A DNA stretch of 64,000 bases, from contig OZ024747.1 of NCBI GenBank assembly GCA_964016885.1, positions 56,730,001-56,794,000 of the forward strand. The letters are read 5' to 3'. The stretch comes from Eledone cirrhosa (taxonomy: Eukaryota). Position numbers and translations under genes: made by a program. Of the stretch, positions 12,991 to 23,205 are shown piece after piece (the stretch's first letter is position 1; each line of letters begins with the position of its first letter). The notes beneath the pieces are model-generated. The model was not told the origin of the DNA. It did not search any database and saw only the letters and a program-made list of their open reading frames with translations.

Positions 12991-13413
12991 ATATATATAT
13001 ATATATATATGATTAAACATTAATATCTCTTGTTGAGATGAGGCAAGAGTATATTAGAGTTCATAGAAAATGAAGAAAGCTCAACACTAGAACAGCTGTT
13101 AAAACAGCCAAATGCTGTCAAAATGTCTCAGGACAGAGACCAGCAACAGGGCGTCAATCCATGAGGTGGGCAACAGGCAAATGAAACATAAAAAAGATTG
13201 AATGAGGAGCAGGGCAAAGACATATATATACAAAATATACCAAATTTTTTCTCCAAAGTCCCGACTGCAATTTCACCAATTGTGGCTGAAATGCAACAAA
13301 AGTGCACCAGAGTTGTGGGGCTACCTGCTTCTCAAGAGACCCCTCAAGTGAAAAGACTAATTGTTTAACTGATCGTTACAACTGAAATATTCTCAGATGG
13401 AGAATTTATCACG

Positions 13414-13722
13414 TGGTATTGGCAGCTGATCTTATTCATTTAACAAGTGTGGTGGAGCTCATTTTGATGAGCCCCACCCCACTTGTTAAGTGAATAAGGT
13501 CTGGGATTTTATCAATCAGCTGCCAATACCAAAGAAACAATGTATCTATTCGTTTTTCTAATTGCTAATACTATCTGTCGGTCGTAAATCCAGGCAGAAG
13601 GAACAATGTGAAACAAAGTGTCTTGCTCAAGGACATAACGCATCACCCTATCCGGGAATCGAAATCAAAACCTCACGCTTGTGAATCCAATTCTCTAACC
13701 ACTCAGCCACACGCCTTCACAT
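13414..13722 (-). mobile_element. older tRNA-derived SINE with terminal hairpin
   Basis: Minus-strand head GGCGTGTGGCTGAGTGG...GATTTCGATTCC and CORE-like TCCTTGAGCAAGACAC; nested hairpin at 13414-13531; related copy at about 44560-44745. Confidence 0.6.
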
Positions 13723-14319
13723 GGTATAGTAGCCACATATTACATTGTTATTTATACATATAAATATATGTATAAAGAAAAATATAATATTCTTTTCTAA
13801 CATAGGATCAGTTCACCAAATGTTTGTTTGGCAAGAAATCTGGTTGATTTGAACACACAACCTATTGAGATATAACTAAATATTGCATGACATTTATACC
13901 CGGATACTGTTTCCTTGTTCTCTTCCACTCCCCTCTTCTTAAAATAAGAATACATTATATCATATTATATTATATTACTATATATTATACTTTATTTTAT
14001 TTGTATGTTATTTGGCATATGTAGAATTGAAGTCTTGTGCATTACATATTATTTACATATGTATTGTTATAATGTCTCCAGCAAACATTATAAACTAGAC
14101 GGCTATGTCCATACAGCTACAATAGATTATTTTACACTGATATCATGCAAATACCAATATGATTGCATAAATATAAATATATATGTATATTTATATATAT
14201 ATGAAAATGTGTATTTTCTCATATATATATAAGCATTTGTTTATATACTTATACCCATAAAACATACATGAATATATACATCTACATGCATACATTTTTT
14301 ATATGTTCATATAAAAATG

Positions 14320-14357
<38 letters not shown>

Positions 14358-14831
14358 ATATATATATATATATATTTATATGCACTACTCATATATAAAT
14401 ATATCTGTTTGCATATATGCATACATACACACTGATACACACACACACACAAACATATATAGATACATACATACATGCATAGTTATATACATTTGCAGCC
14501 AAATATCAAATATTTGCATGATAAAATCCGAAATGAGTTCATACTGACTTCAAATTGACTGCCATGTGAAATTACATGGCTCACCAATTTTGAAAATGTT
14601 TGGCATTTTCTTGTATGCTTCCTGATTTATTTGTTTTTTGTCTTTGAATGTATTTTTAAACATACTTTAGTATGTTTTGGTTATAAGTTTTATTTCATTT
14701 TTTTTTTTTTTTGTTACCTTTTGGTTTGTGAAACTATCAAAGAGTCCAATATTATGTTTTGTAACAGATGTTGGCAGCTGACGAGTGCATCTCTTCAAAC
14801 CAGAACAATAGCAACTCAGCTTATATATGTA

Positions 14832-14880
<49 letters not shown>

Positions 14881-14926
14881 TTTCTCTCTCTCTATATATA
14901 TATGTATGTGTGTGTGTGTATAGGCA

Positions 14927-14994
<68 letters not shown>

Positions 14995-15093
14995 ATATAT
15001 GTATATAATATACATATATATATATATATATATATAGGTATATATACATATATATATATGTACATATATATATATATATTTATATATATATGT

Positions 15094-15178
<85 letters not shown>

Positions 15179-15604
15179 TATATACATATATACATATATA
15201 TATATATATTTATACATATATATGTATATATACATACATACATATATATATACATTATTATTGTGTGTGTGTGAGAGAGAGCTCATGTGTGTGAATGGGT
15301 GTTTCTGTGTAGTGGGTGTTTATATATTGTCCATTATGTAGCCACATAATGGACAATATATATGTATTTTCGATGCACACAGAAACTCACACATGTAAAC
15401 AATGTATATGGATGGTGTACATGCATATACATTTATCATAGTAATATATATATGCATATATATATATATGTGTGTGTGTGTAGTTATGTGTACATGTGCG
15501 CATGTGTATGTGTGTATGTGTATTTATGATGAAATATCTGTCAGTGTAGACATTTAATTATTACGGTTATATTTAAGTAGGCTTAAACTTATATATACAC
15601 AGAT

Positions 15605-15635
<31 letters not shown>

Positions 15636-15644
15636 CATAAATAC

Positions 15645-15729
<85 letters not shown>

Positions 15730-15799
15730 TTTATGTGTATGCATATGTATGTGTGTATATATCTAAGCAAGGAAAACGTACTTTAATTGATGATGAAGA

Positions 15800-15995
15800 T
15801 GGGGTCCATATCATTCCACTGCAAAGTGGTCGTGGAGGTGCCACAACAAAAAAAGTACCCAGCACTCACTGTAAATGAGGTTGGGGTTAGGAAGGGCATC
15901 CAGCTGTAGAAATCAAGCCAGAATCAGTTCCCGTCCCACCCTTGCAAGCAGGGAAAAAGCAGACGTAAAATGAAATGATGATGATGAATGATGAT
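15800..15995 (+). mobile_element. SINE family A, 5'-truncated
   Basis: Matches the 3' half of the 340-bp unit and ends in (ATG)n. Confidence 0.85.
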
Positions 15996-16119
15996 ATATA
16001 TATATACACCGTCATCATTTTGGGGTTCCTCTATTCATATGATGATGATGAATGAACATAAAATTAAGTCTTCTCCACACAATATCTTTCCACTCAGGCT
16101 ACTCATCAACTCCTTCAAG

Positions 16120-16572
16120 TGATGCAGATTCCTAAGATAAGCTTGCACCACTTCTTTCCCCTATCTTCCTCAGTCTTCTTTTCTCTAATTTCATCCACAT
16201 AGATCACTTGGCACTTCCTTACCAAACTGTCATCAACCATATGCTTAACATGTTCATATTAGTGTAGTTATTCTTTTATACTCTATATACAGTTTTTCTC
16301 TGAGCTCATTTCTGCTCTGTCATACATGCACACTTACATTACACATCTAGGTGTGCACACTGGCTCTATATATTTTCAAACATCACACCACCCTACATTC
16401 GATGCTAATGTCTCACTACCATAGAACATAGAACATTACACTTTGTCTGCTAGTTCCATACAATCTACCTTTCAGCTATAGAGGGACTTCTATTATTGTT
16501 AGCAGAAGTAATAGTTACCAGAACATTTTCACATCATTCTTATTCTAGCTACTATGCTTTCAAAGCACCACT
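16120..16572 (-). mobile_element. degenerate RTE-clade LINE fragment
   Basis: Patchy similarity to 48500-48970 (TCTCACTACCATA, CAATCTACCTTTCA, CTAGCTACTATGCTTTCAAAGCACC). Confidence 0.55.
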
Positions 16573-17009
16573 ATTAATTAGTTAAGAGAAGCTATGATGT
16601 ACTCCCATGATGACCTCCAAGCATTTTGAAGAAATTTATTTCAAGCAAAATCTTACAACCAAATAAACTTTGCATCTGTTACATATGATGTGGTTTTTCC
16701 TGTCAGAATGTCTATGAGATAACATTACATTTCTTGTAACTCATGCTTTACATTTGGTACAAAGTTTCTACAAACTCCTTTGAGTATAACTACATCTCAG
16801 ATTAAAGTAATGTCTTGCCTTCTTTCCTGTTAAAATTGTAATTACTAAATGTAATTTGAGATTTCTTGATTTGAGTGCTTTTTATTTTACTAGAATTTTT
16901 TTCAACACTCTGAAGCATGTATTAGTATATTATTATAAACGTGCAAATACAGACACACTTACAAAAATAGATACTCATAGACATACATGTTAGACGCTGT
17001 TTTCTGTAG

Positions 17010-17230
17010 TTTGTCATCACCCCTTACTTTCTCAGTCATCTCTAATGTATGACATCATCACCCCTTCCTTCCTCAATCATCTCTAGTGTGTGACATCATC
17101 ACCCCTTCCTTCCTCAGTCATCTCTAGTGCGTAACATCATACTCCTTCTTTCCTCAATCATCTCTAATGTATTACATCATTACCCCTTCTTCTCTCAATT
17201 ATCTCTAGAGTGTGACGTCATCACCCCTTT
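17010..17230. repeat. 39-bp minisatellite, 5-6 units
   Basis: Unit approx. AGTGTGTGACATCATCACCCCTTCCTTCCTCAATCATCTCT. Confidence 0.85.
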
Positions 17231-17269
17231 TCTATGGCTGGATGCCTTTCCTAAGACCAACCACATTTA

Positions 17270-17625
17270 CAGTGTGTGCTGGGTACTTTATGCCGCATCA
17301 CCTACATGACCATTTTACAGTGTAGACTGGGTGCTTTTAGTTATGACACCTACACAACCAGTTTACAGTATGCACTGGGTGATTTTTGTTGTGACACCTA
17401 TACAACCACTTGACAGTGTGCACTGGGTGCTTTTTGTTGTGACACCTATACAACCACTTGACAGTGTGCACTGGGTGCTTTTTGTTGTGACACCTATACA
17501 ACCACTTGACAGTGTGCACTGGGTACTTTTTGTTGTGACACCTATGCAGCCAATTGACAGTGTGCACTGGGTACTTTTTGTTGTGACACCTATACAGCCA
17601 ATTGACAGTGCAGACTGGGCGCTTG
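17270..17625 (-). repeat. 45-bp tandem array derived from the SINE/RTE tail motif
   Basis: Unit ACAGTGTGCACTGGGTGCTTTTTGTTGTGACACCTATACAACCACTTG, about 7 copies, adjoining the reverse complement of the tail motif (GGCTGGATGCCTTTCCTAA). Confidence 0.85.
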
Positions 17626-17780
17626 CTTTTGTCATGACCATAAAAGTGGGCTGGACTCTTTTGTTGTGGATGAAGAGGGGGGGGGGATCACTTTATAGAG
17701 GAGGTTGGGGACTTGGGAGAGGTGGGGAAGAAACTTTGGGAAATTGAGGACGTAGGTATAAGGGAGGTTTATGGGATATG

Positions 17781-17851
<71 letters not shown>

Positions 17852-17855
<4 letters not shown>

Positions 17856-18673
17856 ATTTACATAAACATAAAGTCACAGATATATATGCGGTTATTTATA
17901 AAATATTTCTTCATAGGAGACTTTATTCTTATAGCCTGGACTAATTGATTTTTATATGGTTAATTATGCTAATTGGGAGAGGAAATTGTATATATTTTAT
18001 CTAATAATTCTAGGGACATGATTTATGATATATAGCTCTGATTAGTTAATTTATTAATTCTTCATTGAGCCACATCGTGAACGATTGCCACATATATATC
18101 TGCGACTTTATGTATATGTAAATCTTTATATTTAATAATCTCCCATTGATGCAATTTGGGCGATATTGGGCTGTGCTTTCTAGCAACAAGCCTACTCGCC
18201 GTAAGCAACTAATCACATTCTTTCTAACTTGACCACTGCCACGTCACGATTCTTAGTCATTTTTTAAATCTATTTCTGGCGTGATTGCTTTGGAAAATTA
18301 ACTGTCCTATTGAGTTTGTCTCCTGATGAGTTCGATACTTGAGGTTTATCCTTAATAGGATATCTCAAAATACGAACGAAACCATGGTAGGGATTTAATT
18401 ACGGTATGTGCACATTTCTTCTAACTTTAAATTTATACCTAATTGTGTATGGTTGACGATATATTTGGTCAATTTCTACATGTTGTTGAAATTTTGGGTA
18501 AATACTCTATTGTGGTCAACCGCGAAGAGAGGCTGCTTTCGGTTATTTATCAAATATCTCTTCATAGGAGCCTTTATTCTTATAGCCTGGTCTAATTGAT
18601 TTTTATATGGTTAATTATGCTAATTTGGAGAGGAAATTGTATATATTTTATCTAATAATTCTAGGGACATGAT

Positions 18674-18680
<7 letters not shown>
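17852..18680 (+). mobile_element. non-coding HHR element (retrozyme/Penelope pLTR-like), ~651-bp unit with ~140-bp direct repeat
   Basis: 17889-18030 repeats at 18540-18680; 17852-17888 is an inverted copy of about 18089-18127; HHR at 18319-18393; flanked by (TA)n. Confidence 0.75.
18319..18393 (+). ncRNA. type I hammerhead ribozyme, canonical core
   Basis: tctc-CTGATGA-gttcg[...ttgag..tatcct taat aggata tctcaa...]cgaac-GAAA-ccatgg-TA-ggga; palindromic stem III ACCATGGT; predicted GUA cleavage after 18389. Confidence 0.85.
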
Positions 18681-18739
<59 letters not shown>

Positions 18740-18905
18740 TAGATAGATAAATATACATGGGTGTGTATGATTGTGTATAGAAGATTATATTAATAAAAGG
18801 AATTCCAACTTTGTCTGATTTACTCGTTTTATTTACAATCCTTTAAAATTTATAATGGTATTGGAATGAAATAGAATGGTAGAATATTAAATGTTAAGTG
18901 TTGAT

Positions 18906-18944
18906 TGAACAAGTGCTTTCATGCTTTCGCAATCTTCATGTTCA
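18906..18944 (-). ncRNA. degenerate hammerhead motif (C3A)
   Basis: tgaac-ATGAAGA-ttgc gaaa gcat-GAAA-gcac-TT-gttca. Confidence 0.5.
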
Positions 18945-19010
18945 TAATGTGTGGTGACAGTAAAGTTTGCAATCTTCAACTTTTATTAATATATATATAT
19001 ATATATATAT

Positions 19011-19250
19011 CTAAGGCGGCTTAAATTCCCGAGATCCATGGACGAGTTCTCTCCAGCGGTCTCTGTCCCTCATTATCGCTGCCATGTCCTGCATCTCCAA
19101 CAGACCAGTGTCTGTCCTTAGGGCATCAACATACGTTAACCTTGGTCTTCCTCTTCTAGTGTGTCCATGTAGGGGCTCCCAAAGGAGCACTGAGTGCAAT
19201 GTCAACTCTGGATGTCGGTAAGCATGTCCAGCTAACCTCAGTCTCCTCTG
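19011..19250 (-). mobile_element. RTE-clade LINE C-terminal fragment
   Basis: QRRLRLAGHAYRH...LLWEP...RRGRPRLTYVD; bounded by (TA)n. Confidence 0.8.
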
Positions 19251-19265
19251 TATATATATATATAT

Positions 19266-19459
19266 AGGAACCAGTAAGACCCCGACAGCTGAGCTCAAGC
19301 CGTTTCGACGGCTAATTCTGGAGTCCAGAATTAGCCGTCGAAACGGCTTGAGCTCAGCTGTCGGGGTCTTACTGGTTCCTATTATCCACTCTACTTCCTC
19401 AAGTATTGAGTACTTTGGTGCGTTATGGTCCACCTGGTTCCTTACCACATTTCCTTCGT

Positions 19460-19460
<1 letters not shown>
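19266..19460 (+). mobile_element. half-hammerhead element with ~57-bp-arm palindrome (copy 2)
   Basis: 19266-19322 is the reverse complement of 19324-19380; the arm contains GAAA-CGGCT-tgagctc-AGCTG-TC-GGGG. Confidence 0.75.
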
Positions 19461-19492
<32 letters not shown>

Positions 19493-19618
19493 GTAGGAGG
19501 TGAGTTTTATTGTACTACAATAAAGCAATGCAGATATCGGATAAGAAGCACTCTACAGTTTGTAGGACTGGAGTATACATAATATATAAGAACAAAAGAT
19601 GGTTAAAAGAGTTCCATG

Positions 19619-19689
19619 TATTTTATTATGCGCATTTCAAAAACAAATATCATCATGCAATAATATTTGTGTTTTCATCAGATAAAATA
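19619..19689 (-). ncRNA. type I hammerhead ribozyme, canonical core
   Basis: tattttat-CTGATGA-aaacacaaatatta/ttgcatga/tgatatttgttttt-GAAA-tgcgca-TA-ataaaata; perfect 8-bp stem I; palindromic stem III ATGCGCAT. Confidence 0.82.
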
Positions 19690-20037
19690 GGAAGACATGA
19701 TATGAAGGTTAAAAAACACTTGTGGATAGTGCAGTTTTAAATCAACATATGAAAAGTAGTTTTAGACTGATGTGTGATATTGGGAAAAATATTTGGGGGG
19801 GGGGGATGAAAAAGAGGAGGAGATGAGAGTAAAAAGTGGAGAGGGAGGAGTATAATGAGGAAGGATGAGATAGGAGGAGAGATGGGTGATAGAGAGAGAG
19901 AGATAGCTTTTATAACTGAGAAAAATATATTGTTTTACATAGAGAGGTTGATAAACCGTTGGAAGATAATGTATAAATTAAAAGAATTTGAAAATTAACG
20001 AAGAGAAAAATAATGTAAAGTTAAGGTTTGTATATTG

Positions 20038-20262
20038 AAGGGTTTAATAATATGTGCGATGAAAAGAAAATGTTAATATGTATTAAGAATAATATTTAAG
20101 GGTTTAATAATATGTGCGATGAAAAGAAAATGTTAATATGTATTAAGAATAATATTTAAGGGTTTAATAATATGTGCGATGGAAAGAAAATGTTAATATG
20201 TATTAAGAATAATATTTAAGGGTTTAATAATATGTGCGATGGAAAGAAAATGTTGATATGTA
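20038..20262. repeat. 60-bp tandem repeat, about 3.7 units
   Basis: Consecutive 60-base lines at 20041, 20101, 20161 and 20221 are near-identical. Confidence 0.95.
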
Positions 20263-20318
20263 TATATATATATATATGCATGTATATATATATATATATA
20301 TATATGTATTAAGGATAC

Positions 20319-20667
20319 TGGAGGCACATGGCTTAGTGGTTAGAGCATTGGCCTTGCAATCGAAAGGTTGTGAGTTCAATTCTCAGACCGGGTGATGTGT
20401 TGTTTCCTTGAGCAAGACACTTTATTTCACATTGCTCCAGTTTACTCAGCTGTAGAAATGAGATGATAGGGACTGGGGTCCCTATCATTCCACTGCAAAG
20501 TGGTCGTGGAGGTGCCACGGCAAAAAAGCACCCAGCACTCACTGTAAATGAGGTTGGTGTTAGGAAGGGCATCCAGCTGTAGAAATCAAGCCAGAACCAG
20601 TTCCCGTCCCACCCTTGCAAGCAGGGAAAAGCGGACGTAAAATGATGATGATGATGATGATGATGAT
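20319..20667 (+). mobile_element. SINE family A, full length
   Basis: A box TGGCTTAGTGG, TGC anticodon-like loop, B box GAGTTCAATTC, CORE-like TCCTTGAGCAAGACACTT...CTCAGCTGTAGAAATG, tail AGGAAGGGCATCCAGC and (ATG)n. Confidence 0.9.
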
Positions 20668-20855
20668 ACTATTTATGGTTATGTATATACTAAAACCTTT
20701 TATAGTTATATATATATTATACCCTAAATAGTGAAAGACAGTAATTTATTACTATCTTATTACCAGTAAGATAAATAACTCAATGTAACATCAGTTGTTT
20801 AACAGAGCAGTTATATAGAGATTACATGAAACAAAGTTCTGTTTAAATCATTTAT

Positions 20856-20904
20856 CTGTTTACAATTGTTTCTTCCAAACCGAGGTTTGGAGTCTTCGGA
20901 GCAA
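20856..20904 (-). ncRNA. hammerhead motif, CCGAAGA core (U4C)
   Basis: ttgct-CCGAAGA-c-tccaaac ctcg gtttgga-a-GAAA-caattg-TA-aacag; palindromic stem III ACAATTGT. Confidence 0.6.
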
Positions 20905-21546
20905 TTATTCAGTGATTTTTAACATACCTGACCTCCTTTTCAACACAAGAGACATATAGAAACATATGTATATATTGACCCACAGTGGGTTGACATCCAT
21001 TATAATAATATAGCATGGTAATTTAGATACAAAGATTACAGTCACATCAAAGGACAAAATTAAAATAAAAATAAAACATTGGCAGTCTACTAAAATAAAG
21101 CAAAAGGAAAGTTTGGAGTAGCCAGTGTATGCAACAGTCACACGTGTGCTATTTATACAAGTGTGACTGTTGCATTTTCCCTTTCTTCTCTTTTTCTTTT
21201 AATGTCTAACCCCTAATCTGTACCTTTTCTCACTGTTGCCTAACATAGAAACAATTATTACACAATACAATAGATTCTTACTTTATATCACCTTGTATAA
21301 ATCCTTCGTAAACAAACATTTTTTGACGTTAGATTATTCATCCTCAATTCTTTATTTTTTTCTCCCTTTCATCTAACTTACTCATGCTCATCTCACAATA
21401 TATCCTTACTTACATTACTTGTTGTTCTTTTTAATAATTGTTTCTACTTTAGGCACAAGGCCTGCAATTATCCCAGTGCATTACTGGTACTTTATTTTAT
21501 CATAAATAGTATCCTTAATACATATATATATATATATATATATACA

Positions 21547-21586
<40 letters not shown>

Positions 21587-21689
21587 AACCTCTCACAGGT
21601 AATATTGTTTCCAAGTGTTTCTCACAAATATCATATTTTGCTGCAAGGTGTATACATATGTATATACACCTACAATTATTTGTTGCCTG

Positions 21690-21771
<82 letters not shown>

Positions 21772-21779
21772 CATATATG

Positions 21780-21857
<78 letters not shown>

Positions 21858-21880
21858 TATACATATATATATATATATAC

Positions 21881-22026
<146 letters not shown>

Positions 22027-22050
22027 ATCTTCGCTATCATCGGCTTCCTT

Positions 22051-22084
<34 letters not shown>

Positions 22085-22809
22085 CCATCAATATATCCTT
22101 CATTAGTATCCTCAAAATCTTCATCATCATCCTCATCATCACATCATCATCATCATCAATATCATCACCATTGTCATCATCATCATCATCGTCATCGTCA
22201 CCATCATCATCACCATCGTTATCTTCTCATTGCCAGCATCAACTTCATCATTGCTATAAACACCTACCCATAATTAACCCATGTAAGACTACACCACCAA
22301 CCAACAACACCATTTTCATATATTACAAGAAATACGAATAGATGTATGGAGGAACTAACTGGGAGTGGTTTGAATATACCCCTCACACCCACCTCAGCCA
22401 GCCAGACCACCCTACATTCTATTATCGTTTTTCTTTGTCTTCATGCAGCATCTGTTTTAATATTGCACAATCTCATCTTAAACAGTTTTCTCCCATATTC
22501 ACCTGTTTCACATAAATAACAGCATTATTCTCACCTCGTACAACTTTTCTTTCACTAGCGTCCATGGTAAACTTTTCCATTTGATCTTCAATACTCACTT
22601 ATGATTGATGTTTTCATATAAGAAAGTTCTTATTGATTCCAACAACTTTTACACTGTATCATCAATATTCTCTTACACTGGTCATTACTAATGATTGGGT
22701 TACCTACTTTTTTTTGTCGATATCTGATCAAACAGAGATAATATAACTTAGAAAAGTATTTTCATTCTGATGGAGCTTATGGCAACCTCTCTAGTGTTGG
22801 TGCCATGAC

Positions 22810-23205
22810 ATGATAAAATGCACCCAGTACACTCTGTTAAACTGATAGCACTGATGACAAAATAAAATCGAACCAGCACACTTTGTTGACACTATGATAA
22901 AATGCACCCAGTACACTCAGTTAAAGTAATAATGCTGATGACAAAATAAAATGCTCCCAGTACACTTTGTTAAACTGATAGTGCTGGTGACAAATTAAAA
23001 TCCACCCAGTACACTTTGTAAAATATTATTGTTGGTACTATGATAAAATGCACCCAGTACACTTTGTAAAATATTATTGTTGGTACTATGATAAAATACA
23101 CCCAGTACACTTTGTAAAATATTATTGTTGGTACTATGATAAAATACACCCAGTACACTTTGTAAAATATTATTGTTGGTACTATGATAAAATGTACCCT
23201 GTACA
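22810..23205 (+). repeat. ~45-bp tandem array derived from the SINE/RTE tail motif
   Basis: Unit ATGATAAAATGCACCCAGTACACTTTGTAAAATATTATTGTTGGTACT, followed by GGTGTTAGGAAAG...GCTGTAGAAACC. Confidence 0.85.

Noticed and set aside
13030-13170. Possible gag-like peptide ILEFIENEESSTLEQLLKQ
   Set aside because: Too short and degenerate to support.
14778-14810. CTGACGA hammerhead-like core
   Set aside because: No closing stem II or GAAA.
19011-19448. 145-aa ORF
   Set aside because: Chance fusion of a half-HHR element, (TA)n and an RTE fragment.
20319-20395. tRNA-Ala(TGC)-like sequence
   Set aside because: Acceptor and anticodon stems pair poorly and it is the head of a multi-copy SINE; not called as a tRNA gene.
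20333-20620. Recurrent ORF MPFLTPT...RLQGQCSNH
   Set aside because: Antisense reading of SINE family A; recurrence reflects the repeat.
22810-23205. CRISPR-like repeat arrays (also 17270-17625 and 20038-20262)
   Set aside because: Contiguous tandem units without unique spacers, in eukaryotic repeat context.
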